Shown piece after piece: positions 23,900 through 36,685 of a DNA stretch of 64,000 nt. The notes below the pieces were generated by a model. It was not told the origin of the DNA. It saw only the letters and a list, made by a program, of their open reading frames with translations, and searched no databases. The stretch covers positions 6,634,001 to 6,698,000 of the forward strand of contig JAWMAR010000013.1 of NCBI GenBank assembly GCA_036785375.1, written 5' to 3'. A program made the translations under genes and the position numbers. Within the stretch, counting starts at the first letter, position 1. Each line of letters starts with the position of its first letter. The stretch is from Leucoraja ocellata. Lineage: Eukaryota.

Positions 23900-24745
23900 G
23901 TAGATCAAGGGTTTGACAACCTGGGGCCCTTAACCCGAAATCATCCGACCCGCAGGCGGATTTTTTTTCCCCGTAATCATCTGGCCCGCCAAGCGCCCCG
24001 AGCAGCGGTCGGGTGCCCCGAGTAGCAGCCGAGCTCTGGCTGCACCACATCCCGCGCAAAACCGCCGGCAAGGCTGCGCACCTTCTGTGAACACATTTAA
24101 GAAAGAACTGCAGATGCTGGAAAAATCGAAGGTAGACAAAAATGCTGGAGAAACTCAGCAGGTGAGACATGCAAGGATTGCATGAGGCTGCCTCACCCGC
24201 TGAGTTTTTCCAGCATTTTTGTCTACCTGTGAACACGTGATTTGATGCCTGCCATCCAGGGCAGGATGCATGTGTACACGTGATAGATATGGCCCGCCAT
24301 CCACTCACAGACATGCGTCCGGGTCCCAATGCAGACCCGGACCCGGCATCAAAAGTAAGGCATTATTGACTTTTTTAATCTTTATTGATGAAATGCAGCG
24401 AGCAAACGCGATAATTCCCGATATTTTGGATCTTTAAATCTCCACGGCAAATGTCCGATAAGCATTTCCACTGGATTTGCACCTTCAGCTCCCTCTTGAA
24501 TTTACCTTAGTTTCTATCTTTTTTTTGGACTGTAAATTTAGGTAGCTGTGCCTCACGGTCACCCCGACTGGCACAGTAAATTGCAGCTCAAAAACTGGCC
24601 GTTTTCGATGTTTTTAACGGGTGTGAAAGTGCGTGTTTTCCCATTCACCAACATGTACCGGATGTATAGCATGTACTCCACTTCAGATTTTCGGTCACGT
24701 GGGTGCGGATCTACGCTCCATTGACCTTTCGTGAAATCACCCTAT
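23900..24745. mobile_element. CpG-rich DNA-transposon-like repeat, unclassified
   Basis: Abrupt GC/CpG rise. Right end reads ...CACGTG...GACCTTTCGTGAAATCACCCTA; no matching left TIR was found. Confidence 0.45.
24095..24227. mobile_element. Fold-back Penelope-terminus insertion with TSD
   Basis: (C)TGTGAACAC occurs at 24085-24094 and 24227-24236. 37-bp inverted arms at 24130-24166 and 24192-24228. Confidence 0.75.
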
Positions 24746-25166
24746 ACAAAAACTTTGTGAAATAAATATAGCCAGGTTCAATGCTGCTAAACCTGTGGGC
24801 TGGCAGTGACATAATTATTTGGTGCTGCTGCAGTCATGATATAGGGTAATAGTTGTTTGGGCCATTTTTACATGCAAGAATGGGCTTTGATAGGTTATTT
24901 AATTTAATTTGTGTTCTTTGAAAGGTTCTTAGTGCATTCAAAAAGTGACTATTGCCTATGTTAATTATCAGCCCCATTATAGATTATGTTTAACATTTAT
25001 AAAATCCATGTTACTAAGATTTCTAAAGTTTAGTATACGAATAAATATACATGAATAAATGAAATGTGATTATTAAAAAAATAGTGATTAATGACATGTG
25101 AGAGATTTAGGTGATTGTATACCAAGTATAATTTTTTTGTTAATTGCTTGTTTTATTTCCTTACAG

Positions 25167-25246
25167 CTGTCTAAATCTCTGACAGTCCACTAGCGCTATG
25201 CTAGTCAACCATTAGCACTGAAACGAAATCAAGAACAACTTTCAGA
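25167..25246 (+). other. RC3H2: 5' UTR part of the first coding exon of RC3H2
   Basis: Polypyrimidine tract TTTTATTTCCTTACAG acceptor ending at 25166, upstream of the ATG at 25247. Confidence 0.75.
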
Positions 25247-25477
25247 ATGCCTGTACAAGCATCACAGTGGACAGAATTCCTCTCCTGTCCCATCTGCTAC
25301 AATGAGTTTGATGAGAATGTGCACAAACCAATTAGTTTGGGCTGTGGGCATACTGTCTGCAAAACCTGCCTGAATAAACTACACCGGAAGGCATGTCCCT
25401 TTGACCAGACTGCTATCAACACAGACATCAATGTTCTTCCTGTGAATTTTGCACTTCTGCAGTTAGTTGGCGCACAG
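25247..25477 (+). CDS. RC3H2: Roquin-2 coding exon 1 (RING finger, C3HC3D type)
   Basis: [54 protein letters not shown]...LVGAQ; 231 nt; donor CAG|GTACA. The Roquin-2-type N-terminus ([10 protein letters not shown]) distinguishes it from RC3H1. Confidence 0.98.
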
Positions 25478-27152
25478 GTACATTTTTGTTTTATTCAGGT
25501 TATTTTATGTATCTTTTAGAATTGACATTTGCAGCTAAAGACTCTCATGCATCATTAAATTCCACATGAGAATATTTTTATTTACAAATAAGTGTTTATA
25601 GTTTTACTTATCTGATTAAACTAACCTTCGGATATATAATTGTTCAAATTTGGAGTTGACCAAATTATTATGTTTGGGATCGGGAATAATGTTCCTAATA
25701 CAATGCGTCACGTGGGGGTATAAATGTTTGTTATGGTGTAACCAATCCAGAGTCATCTTGTTCACAAGGTCAAACTGATGTAATTCCTTTGCCAGGGTTG
25801 TCAGGGTTGAAAGAACTTGTTTAATAATTTCTGGTTGGGGGATTTTGTTGCAATGGAAATGCAGAATGACGACAATTGTTTAAAATAACCACTTTGTTCA
25901 AGGCTCCTTTTTATTTCTAATTACATTATTGCAGATTAGTCTTTCTTAAAATCCTGCTTTGTGTCAGCAAAAAAAGTGCTTCATAAAGAGTATTTGTATC
26001 GAAAGTGGGAAGCTAAATGAAATTGTACACTACAGTAATTATCATTCCGCATGTGACTGCTATTATGTTATCATTCAATATTCATGACGAATATTTAAAT
26101 GTCAAGGAATTAAAATTATTGAGGACATTTTTGTTATAAGATTTCTCATGTTTGGGTATCAGCTGAATTTTGAGCCATGATATTTGTTGTTTGTTCAGGA
26201 AAATCTAAATAAATATCTTTATCATGAGCAAGTCATAAAAGTTAGCATTTAACTTAAGTATGATCTCTTATCAAGTAATATCTGTAAATTTGATTAATTA
26301 ACATGGGATCCTGTCCATGTGCCAAGATTTCTCATTCTATTCTCTATTAATAAGATTATCCAAAACTGCTGTTCACATTTTAATGCTCCCTTCAACTATA
26401 ACTGATTGAGATTGACTAGAGATGTTGGCTGTCCCGCTGAGTCTATCTTATGTGATAAAATAAAATTTGGTTTTAAAATCCTTAGCCATATTTTCAATGT
26501 CACCCCCTTCCTATATTTGTAATTTTTATCCTTGTAACCCTCTAAGCTATCTGCAATCTTTCATTTCAACATCTTTCCACTTTCTTCCACTAAGAAACTA
26601 AAGGAAAATCTTGTCCCCTTAAATTTATGGTCAACGGTTCGAATGTATCCTGTTATGGCTTGGCATCATTTTTCGTTTGTTAAATCTCCCAGGAAAAGCC
26701 GAGGGACCTTTTGCTATATTAAGGCAAATATAGGGGAAGTTGTTGCTTTTTTTAAAATCATATCAAATTGAACAGTAACCAGATAAACCCAAAATGCAGG
26801 AATTCTATTCACTGTTGTATTAGTTTGAGGTATTATCCTGCTTTTGCTCTTTTTAAAAAAAAACGGGGGGGGGGGGTTTGCAGTTATCACATGGCCTTTA
26901 CACCAATTAATTCACTTTGGGAGATCTGTATTCAGCCCTGTAGCTTGGTTGCTTCAATCCATTGCAGTCTAATAGTAATACATAAATGCATTCTTCTGTC
27001 AATCAAACTTTTTGGCAACAACACTGTTCTTGCTGTTAATTTTTGATGTGTTGGATAATTTCCAATGCTTTTCCATGTGCATTGCTAAAACAAAATTACA
27101 ACTTGTCTTGCCAATTTTTTTTAATATTTGTAAATATTTTGACTGCACCTAG

Positions 27153-27270
27153 GTCCCAGACCAGCAGACTGTGAACCTGAGTAACTTGGCTGAAAATAAA
27201 CATTACGAGGTTGCAAAGAAGTGTGTGGAAGAGCTGGCACTCTACTTGAAACCTCTTAGTGGAGGCAAGG
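27153..27270 (+). CDS. RC3H2: Roquin-2 coding exon 2
   Basis: TAG|[40 protein letters not shown]|GTAGGT; 118 nt. Confidence 0.96.
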
Positions 27271-28534
27271 GTAGGTAGTGTTAAGATGGTACTTGTAATA
27301 TTTCTTCTCCGCTTGCATTTTATATCTTTAGGTGGCAGGAAAAATTTCATTTTGAAGTGTAAAACACTGATAGGAATCAAACTGATTTATTGAAACTGGA
27401 AAAAGTTGGAAATGAAAATGTTTACAGATGCTGGGAAAGGGGAAATTAAAGAGGCTGGATGGAAGAAAATAATAAATGATAAAAGGAATGGTCATGCAAG
27501 ATGTAAGAAGGTGGTACAGAGATCAGTAAAGGATCATAAGGCCATTAGGGTGCATGGTATAAATGGAGGAATATTTATCAGAAATTACTAAAGGAAAATA
27601 CAGCAAATCGTAAACTTTTGAACTATATTGAATCTGGAAGGCTAGTAAAAAAATTGAGGTACTGTTCATGGTATTTGAATAGAGGGTGACCAAGGACCGA
27701 AGGAATGGAAATCAGATGTAAAATTAAAATGACAAGGAAATGTAAGTTCCGGTTAACAGACTTACCATATTATGAGCACTGGATCCAGTATATTGAATTG
27801 AGAGTAGTAAACCGATGTTGTTGATTTATCTGAAAAGTGTGTTTGGGTCTTTGAATGGTGGAAAAGGGCAGATGTTGCTGCACATATGGTTGTATGAGAA
27901 ATGGAGTAGGTATTGGAGGAGATGGCCGAATAGACTAGAGTATGTAGAAGGGAAGTGTCCCTTAGGAAAGATGAATAATCAGTTAAATGGAAAATATTCA
28001 GCACATTCATGTATGTAGTGGATTCATCGATACAATTTTAAAATCAATTTTGTAAATGTGTAATCAAAATGCCATTATTTTCAAAATGGAAGTAACCAAT
28101 TTAAAATATTTAATCTTTTTTATTATTGTTCAAATTAGGGCAATTAGATAAAATAAATAAACGTGTGCGTTTCATCTCGATCTCCCTCTTTCATTGGTCA
28201 CTCCTTTAGTGCCTCTGAGCGTTTCATTGAAGTATTTTTGTTTTGCACACTACAACTTTGTTGATCACTATTTGTCATGCTACTAATTTTGGTAACAATT
28301 GCAAACTTCTGAATTGTCTACCTACAATCCTGCATTCATGTCCAAACCATTGATCTACACCATAAAAACTAAAGGACATGCGACTCAGAACTGTGCACTT
28401 GCAGCCGTAAAAGCAATGACTGTTTTTGGCGATGTTGCTATTGAGCCGATTTAAAATCCAACCATTCACCTTTCCTTGGATTTTACTCTTCTGATGACAG
28501 TTATGTCAAATATGTTGCTAAAAATCGACACCAA

Positions 28535-29790
28535 ATGTATTAAAAGTCAGGAGTGTTTAATAGTCATATATACCATGATCGGAACACATAGATTCTTACT
28601 TGCTGCAGCTTTACCATCGGGTGGTGCCCACAATGGCCGCCTCGCCAACAGTCCTCCTTGTTTGTTGTTTTTAGTATGTGTTAAATGTATGTCTTTAGCT
28701 TGTTTTATGTGGGGTGGAGTGGCAGATTGGGGAAAACGATTTTTTAATCTCTTACCTCGACAGAGATGCAATTTTTTTCCTGTATTGTATCTCCATCCTA
28801 ACATCGTGGAGCTGGCGGCCTCTGCTGGAGACTGATTTTGGGAGCTCCAACCGCGGGAGCCTGCGGACTTTCACATCGTGGAGCTTGTGGTCCATGGTTA
28901 GAGACCGACTTCGGAAGCTCCAAGCCGTGGGAGCTTCGAACGCCGAGAATCAGGGGCTTTGATCGCCGCCTGCGGGAGCTTCGATCGCTCTGACTGCGGG
29001 TGGTTCAACTGCCCTGACTGCGGGAGAATAAAGAGGAAGAAGATTAGACTTTATTGCCTTCCATCACTGTGGGGAATCTGCTGTGGTGGATGTTTATGTT
29101 GACTTTTATGTAGTCGTGTCTTGTTGCTTTTTTTTAGTATGGCTATATGGTAATTTGAGTTTCACTGTACCTTAATTTGTACACGTGACAATTAGCAGGC
29201 CGTTGAACCTTTACGGACATATTAAATGCAACCACACAACAGATATTATTAATTAATGTAGGTAAACCGGATTATGATAGTGCAAGCCAAGTTTGGTGCT
29301 GAGGCAGTATTGTGCAGTGTTGTTAAAGAGTCTGCTGGTTGAAGGGAAGAACCTGGAGGTAACAGTTCTCAGGCAATGGTAGCAACAAGATGAGAACGTG
29401 ACCAGGTTGGTCTGGATCTTTAACATTAGTTGTCTTCTTGGCACAGTACTTCCTGTGGATTCCTTTGGTGGGGAAGTCAATGCCAGTGATGTACTGGACC
29501 ATGTCCACCACTTTATGTAGCCGCCTTCAATCTTAAACATTGGAGTTACCTAATGAAGCTGTGATGTAACCCATCGGTATGTTCTCCACTGTACACCTGT
29601 AGAAGTTAAACAGTATTCAGCAACGTGACAAATCTCCTCAAACTTCTGAGGCAGGTAGAGGTGTTTGTGAGCATTCTTTGTAATTGAATCAAATGCTAGG
29701 ACCAGGACAGATCATCAGAAATGTATATGAGCCTGAACTTGGAGTTATTGACCTTTGCCACTGAAATCCTGCAATGCAGACAGATGCATT
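28535..29790. mobile_element. Rex/Babar-like LINE 3' fragment (minus) with a nested GC-rich non-autonomous repeat (~28620-29205, plus)
   Basis: ORF 29253-29540 ends RTVTSRFFPSTSRLFNN (Rex/Babar-type C-terminus). The insert has repeated GCGGGAG motifs and the tail shared with 21685-21875. Confidence 0.6.
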
Positions 29791-30509
29791 GTCTCTTGGT
29801 TTTTCCTCGCCAAATCCATGCTGATTGATCTCAGCAAAAACTTTGTTTTTCCTAAATATTTTTGTACCGTCCTTCTGAATTTGTTTTCCATGGATCAGAG
29901 TTTGCTGGGTCAGTAGTTTGCTTATGTAGGTTCCACACACAGAATGCTATGGAGAGAAATAAATTCTTCAGTTGGTGGGTGAACCCTGTGTGGAAATGAG
30001 ATCTTCCGCACTGTAAATTTATTCAGTCCAGGGTAAGGTTAGAACAATCTCCCCTCTCAATATAGTTAGAACAAACAATTGGCTGCTGACAAAAATACTT
30101 CCCTTTCTGCTGTCCAAAGCTGTCAAAAATTTAAACTCAAAAACATTCGAAGATGGTGGCATTGAAACTAAATAAAAAGAAAATTCATTTTTGAAAAATA
30201 TCTTCAACACTTTAACCTAACGTGTTATTTTTAATTGTTTGCATTAACAAATACTGAAGACCATCAGACTGAATTAACGGGATATTTCAAGTGGATTCTC
30301 AATCAGTGGTGGAGGATACCTCAACTTTTTACTTCCTCAGTGGATTCCATGATGTCCAGCATCCAACATGTGTGCAAATTCAATCTGCTGTTTACAATAG
30401 TTTTGAGATTTTGGGGATTTCCTTTTTCTTTAGAAAATCACAAACTTGCCAGCTGCCAACATTTCCCAGTAATGGTTAAAGAAGATTTCCCTGCAAAACA
30501 ATGAAACGT

Positions 30510-30873
30510 CAAATAGTGAAAGGCTTGTACAGAGTGGATGTGGAGAGGATGTTTCCATTAGTGCCTAGGACCAGAGGTCGTAGCCTCAGAATTAAAGGAT
30601 GTTTTGTTAGGAAGGAGATGAGGAGGAATTTTATTAGTCAGGGTGGTGAATCTGTGGAATTCATTGCCACAGAAGGCTGTGGAGGCCAAATCAATGGATA
30701 TTTTTAAGGCCGAGATAGATAAAATCTTGATTAGTAAGGGTGTCGGGGGTTATGGGGAGAAGGTAGGAGAAAGGGGGTAAGAGGGAAAGATAGATCAGCC
30801 ATGATTAAGTGGCGCTATAGACTTGATGGGCCGAATGGCCTAATTCTGCTCCTGTCACTTATGAACTTATGAA
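30510..30873 (+). mobile_element. CR1 LINE 3' end
   Basis: KGLYRVDVERMFPLV..RTRGRSLRIKG; tail TTATGAACTTATGAA. Confidence 0.9.
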
Positions 30874-31364
30874 AACCTGAGGCAATAATTTGGCTATTGC
30901 TAAGGTGATTGGACCTAATTAACTGTTTATTTTTCAAAGAATGGCACCACTTGGCAGTCTTCCAATACTCTGTGGCCAAAGAGATTTGGAAAATGGGCAG
31001 TGCCTTTGGTTTTACTTCCTTCTAAGGGACAGGGAATCTTTAGAATTTGACTGCTTTTTTAATCGTGAAAATGTTTGCTGAATAACATGCAATTCAACTT
31101 AGAAAATGAATTAATAACATTCAATGCCATTACTATTACCAAGACCCTACCATCCAGATTATTGGGGTCATCGTTGGACACCCAAAAGCTTACCTATCTT
31201 CCACAAGATCCAGAAACAATGGGATGGAATACGTTATAATTGGTGGATGAGTGCAACACCAGCAACTCTGAAGAAACTGCACCAATCTGTGCAGAAGAGT
31301 CTATTTCATTGGCCCCCGTGTACCTACCATTTGTTTCCTCCATAACTGATAATAGCCATATCAG

Positions 31365-31675
31365 AAACATGGTGAGAGATGGGCAATACATGCTTGCCTT
31401 CATTGGGAAGGGTACTGAATACAAAGGTTGGGACATCCTCAGGAAGATGTACTAGTTGGTGAGATTACAATTGAAGTACAATGCGCACTTCAGGTTGCAC
31501 AGCAAGAGCAAGCATGTCATTAAATTGGAAAGGTGCAGAAGAGATCCACCAGGATAATACCTGGGCTTGCAAGCTTAAGTTGCAGGGAGAGGTTGGATAG
31601 GCTGGGACTCCTCTATGGAGTGTAGGAGACTGAAGGGTGAACTTTAAGGTGTACAAAATTGTGAGGGGCATGGAA
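31365..31675 (+). mobile_element. CR1 ORF2 fragment
   Basis: MLAFIGKGTEYKGWDILRKMY motif. Confidence 0.7.
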
Positions 31676-32828
31676 TCTTAGTTCCATTAAACAAAAAAAA
31701 AACCTAGTCATACTGCACTGCATTGTTATAGGGAATCCGAAAATTTGATTGTATATCTTTATTCTCACCATCTTCATTGCAGGACACCAGCTTGACACTT
31801 GTCACCATTTACCAAACGATATTGCGTACAGAATGTATTCATTATTAGTCTTGCTGTAGCAAGACTACATGTGACAGGGTACGTTCTTCGTTCGCTCTTG
31901 ATAACAAAGTTTGATTAAAAAAACTTATCAAACCTCTCAATCCAACTATTACAGTTTGGATTTCTCTGACGTAAGCCACTGCAAAACCATACTGGCCCAT
32001 CGATGAAACTTGTCTTCTCTCCAAAGCAGTTACACCCTCCGCTGTTATTACTTCAATCATCAACAGGTATAATGAGTGTCACACCCAGTAATTATTGAGA
32101 CCGTTGAATTCCCTCAGTCTAACTATCCTATCTTCCCATTCAATCTAAACAAAACTAAAGTATTTTAGGGCTAACATTCTGGCTGTCTTAAAACCCTCTA
32201 ACTTCCTAATGATGGCAACAGGGATCTAGGTGACCAACTTTAGATCACCAGGATCCCCATTTGCAGTCCTTCAAATACAATTCGAATAATTTCCTTGCAG
32301 TCCATCGAATAAACCACCATACACATTAACAGGAGATGCAACACCTTTTTAATGACTTCCTGATACTTTCATCCAGTGCTGTCAGCATATGTTGTGATGC
32401 CTCATTTAAAATGAAATAATAATAAGTGAGGAAAAAGCAAGATATTTGCAGTTATAATTTAATTTTATGTAAGTGTCAATGTTTTTGACTAATACTTTTT
32501 CTGTAGAATTTATATTCCACTTGTAGCAAAAAATATGGTTATATATGCCCACTTGTATAGTCTAGCAATTTGTTTAAACATTTCACACTGATTTTAGTGG
32601 AAATCCTTCCCTTTGTATGTTATGCTGCAAATATAACTATATTTTGTGATTGCTGCTTCAAATTCATAATTGGGCTAATGTTTTGTAGGTTTCATATAAG
32701 AAAATGCTTAGATTTGGATAATTGAATTATTTTGTCTTGTATAATACTCTATTACAATAACAGTTGAAGTTCGGGTATGCATGAGTCTTAATACTTATGT
32801 AAATACTTTGTAATTTTGCTCTGTTCAG

Positions 32829-33062
32829 GTGTTGCAAGTTTAAATCAGAGTGCACTGAGCAGACCAATGCAACGAAAACTAGTTACCCTGGTTAACTGTC
32901 AGTTGGTAGAGGAGGAAGGACGTGTGCGAGCAATGAGGGCAGCAAGATCACTTGGGGAAAGAACGGTTACAGAACTCATTCTGCAGCATCAGAACCCCCA
33001 GCAGCTGTCTGCCAATTTGTGGGCTGCCGTCCGGGCCAGAGGTTGCCAATTTTTGGGACCAG
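32829..33062 (+). CDS. RC3H2: Roquin-2 coding exon 3 (HEPN-N / ROQ start)
   Basis: CAG|(G)[77 protein letters not shown]|GTAAG; 234 nt. Confidence 0.98.
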
Positions 33063-33225
33063 GTAAGAAATAGGATAAAGATAATTATGAAGGCAATTGT
33101 AATTTCAGTGAACATTTGTTTAAAATGCTACTGTTTATAGAGTTGCAGGGTTGCACAGCACAGACATGGGCCCATTGGCCCAGCATGTCAATACAGACGT
33201 TTTTGCCCATCTGCACTAATCCTAT

Positions 33226-33846
33226 TAGAAACATAGAAACATAGAAATTAGGTGCAGGAGTAGGCCATTTGGCCCTTCGAGCCTGCACCGCCATTTAATA
33301 TGATCATGGCTGATCATCCAACTCAGTATCCCGTACCTGCCTTCTCTCCATACCCTCTGATCCCCTTGGCCACAAGGGCCACATCTAACTCCCTCTTAAA
33401 TATAGCCAATGAACTGGCCTCAACTACCCTCTGTGGCAGAGAGTTCCAAAGATTCACCACTCTCTGTGTGAAAAAAGTTCTCCTCATCTCGGTTTTAAAG
33501 GATTTCCCCCTTATCCTTAAGCTGTGACCCCTTGTCCTGGACTTCCCCAACATCGGGAACAATCTTCCTGCATCTAGCCTGTCCAACCCCTTAAGAATTT
33601 TGTAAGTTTCTATAAGATCCCCTCTCAATCTCCTAAATTCTAGAGAGTATAAACCAAGTCTATCCAGTCTTTCTTCATAAGACAGTCCTGACATCCCAGG
33701 AATCAGTCTGGTGAACCTTCTCTGCACTCCCTCTATGGCAATAATGTCCTTCCTCAGATTTGGAGACCAAAACTGCACGCAATACTCCAGGTGTGGTCTC
33801 ACCAAGACCCTATACAACTGCAGTAGAACCTCCCTGCTCCTATACA
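33226..33846 (-). mobile_element. Young 5'-truncated CR1 nested in an older CR1 tail
   Basis: Uninterrupted 174-aa ORF2 C-terminus (33323-33847), (TAGAAACA)n tail on the + strand, and a possible ATTAG TSD. Confidence 0.95.
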
Positions 33847-34589
33847 ATTAGCTGGCATTATGTCAATATCCTTCTAAGCATTGGCTAGTTATTTTCCAGT
33901 CTAAATGTCTCTTCAACATATTGATAATATCTGACCTCACCACCTCCTCTGGCAATGAGTTCAGATATCAACTACATTGTATAAACAAGTTTAGCCTCAA
34001 ATCCGCTTTGTAAATCCCTGTTAAAACTCCTTCTTCTCACCTGAACACAATGTTCTCTTGTTTTTAATCGTTCTTTGTTCAAAATTATGTTAATGTATTC
34101 TTTTTACCTTGTGCTGTCCTACAACTATATACACGGATCATTACAATGCAGAAATAGGCGCTTCAGCCCATGATGTCTGTATCAACCACATTGCCAAATT
34201 AAATTAATCCATTCTGACTGCTCATTATCCTTTCATTCCCTGTGTGTTATGTGCCTATCAAAAAGCCACAGTTTTTTTTTCTTAAAAGCCCCGCACATCT
34301 AATTTAAAATTTACTACTCTTGCTTAATGCTATGCCCTATATTCCCAGGAAAAAAGATTCTGAATCTAGCCTGTCTATGCCTCTCATAATTTCATAAGTT
34401 TATATCACATCTCCCCTCAGCCTTCGACATTCCAGAAAAAACAATCCAAGTTTGCTCAACCTTGTAGCTAAAATCCTCTAACCCAAGGCAGCATCCTGGT
34501 AAACCTGTATCCCCTCATAAACTCACAACTACACACAATACAGTAAATCCACATTGTTACAAACCTCTTTTTAACTAATTTTGGTTGTA

Positions 34590-35200
34590 GCAGACAGAAC
34601 TACTGACTTCACCACCAGGACGGCTGCTAACGCCAACCCGGCCCCGCACTGCCACCCTGGCCCTACCGACCTTCACCGCCGGGCCGGCCTGCAGACACCA
34701 GCTTGCATCACCTCGCCAGCTTTTTCCAGGCTTGCCCTACTACTGCCCACACAGCTTCCTCGGTTGCTTCCTGATGCCACCACCACCATCAACCCTTACC
34801 TACACTCCGGCTGCTCGCGGGCTGCGACCAATGATTACGCCGATCCTTGCCTCTCCCCGGCTGCCAGCAGGCCAGGGACGTCAACTCACTGGGATTCCAG
34901 GCTATGTTCTGTTCTCAGTCTGAAGAAGGGTTTCGGCCCAAAACGTTGCCTATTTCCTTCGCTCCATAGATGCTGCCGCACTCGCTAAGTTTCTCCAGCA
35001 CTTTTGTCTACCTTCGATTTTCCAGCATCTGCAGTTCCTTCTTGAACCTCTGTTCTAGACCAAGTGTTTGAAGAAGGGTTTTGACCCAAAACGCCACCTA
35101 TCCATGTTCTCCAGAGATGCTGTCTGACCTGCTGATTTACTCCAATAGTTTGTGTGTTTTTGTGTATTAACCAGCATCTGCAGTTCTTTGTTTCTACTAC
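34590..35200 (+). mobile_element. Penelope-like fragment ending in two tandem terminal repeats, each with a hammerhead-like motif
   Basis: CTGAAGAAGGGTTTCGGCCCAAAACGTT (34920) and TTGAAGAAGGGTTTTGACCCAAAACGCC (35068), each followed by ...CCAGCATCTGCAGTTC. Confidence 0.65.
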
Positions 35201-35289
35201 TTGTACGATGATACTCTATTACTCTTTAATCCCGCACTCGGTTATAGTGGACAATCGGCAATAACAAACTTCATTCCTTCCTTTGTGGT

Positions 35290-35490
35290 CCATTATAACA
35301 CGGGTTTGCTGTCCAAATGTGGCCTGACCGATTTTATAAAGCTGCAAAATGACTTCCTGACTCTTATACCCAATCCCCAACTGACAAAGGCAAGCATGCC
35401 ATATGCTTTCTTTACCATTCTATCTACCTGTGGTGCTACTTTTGGCAAGCTGTGGACTTGAGAGTCCAAGATCCTTTTGTACATTAAGAC
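35290..35490 (-). mobile_element. CR1 fragment
   Basis: QVHSLPKVAPQVDRMVKKAYGMLAFV. Confidence 0.75.
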
Positions 35491-35527
35491 TGTTAAGGAC
35501 CCAATGAGTCTCCCTTGGTCTAGTATA

Positions 35528-36170
35528 TATATATTACTAAAACTCTCATCTTGTTTGTTTCTATGTCTGTGAGTGTCTGCCTATGTGCTGCCGGAACTAC
35601 GCCAAAAAGGCACATGATAGCGCTACAATATTTGGACCACCTTACCATTGTCCTGTGGTGTGTTTTTATCAAGTTTCGTTCAGATTTATGTTATATTTTA
35701 CAAGTTATTTACATTTTACAAAACCCCACTTTGAGAAAAATCACTTGAACCTGCAGTGGCAGTTAGCAGCTATGACATCACAATTGGATCTCATTTACAT
35801 AAACTGCCCATCAGCAGTGCTCCTCCCCACAATTACAGCACAATAAGAACTCATTTACATTAAAAAAAAAACAGCAGCTCCCACCTCACAATGACTTCAA
35901 AGGGGGTAGGGAGGGGAGAAGGGTTATGGAGGGAGTGACTGAGGTGAGGAGGAGAAGGGAGAGAAGAGGGAGGGTGAAGAGGAGGGGGAGGGAGTGTTGG
36001 GGGATGAAGGGAAATGAGCCGCGCCTGCGCAGTTGGGGGCTATGGGTGAGTGGTGGAATATTGCTTTGGGGGAACTGGTGAGTGGTGGAAATGGGTTGCG
36101 TTGGGGGAACGGGTGAGTGGTGGATAATTGCATTGGGGGAATGGGGCCCGATGGGTCCCACTTGGTCTGG
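35528..36170 (+). mobile_element. Non-autonomous Helitron, related to 18744-20036
   Basis: 5' end TATATTACTAAAACTCTC; 3' end GGGGCCCGATGGGTCCC hairpin, ACTTGGT, CTGG|T. Confidence 0.7.
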
Positions 36171-36685
36171 TAGTAATTAAAACTGAAAAATTGAGGAAGC
36201 TTGTGTGAAATATTTTATTTCTGCTACAGAGGGGTTTTAAATGTGGTTTATCATTAGCACATCCTTTAGAGTCAATGAATACTCATCCAATTTGATTAAA
36301 TAAGACTGCAAAACACAGATTGTGTTTTAAAGTTGTGGCATGTATACCTGTATAAAATGCAATTGCTGTAACTTTTCACCTTTCTCAGCATGTTCACTGT
36401 GAATCGATCAGCAATTTGCCCTTTTTGTGAACCCAGTGGCAGGATATTGCATTTTGAAGAGATCATTTTTGCTTTTAATCACGCAGTGACCCTTACATGA
36501 AATTGCTTTGTTTACACATAAAACACGGTGAATACCATTATTTTGTCACAAATTGTAGCCCATCATGTCTGCTTGACGTGTAGCAGAAGTTTGTTAACTG
36601 CATATGATTGTTTTGTGGGGAGTTTTCTGCTGGATTGCAGTATTTTTGAGGACAGACTGCTTTTTTAGTGGGAGGGAGATTACCG

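Noticed and set aside
284-25100. Numerous 60-200-aa ORFs upstream of the RC3H2 ATG
   Set aside because: They are transposon fragments or chance ORFs; no independent host gene is recognisable.
32221-32257. Imperfect 15-bp inverted repeat GGGATCTAGGTGACC...GATCACCAGGATCCC
   Set aside because: Short, mismatched and with no further context; plausibly chance or a MITE scar.
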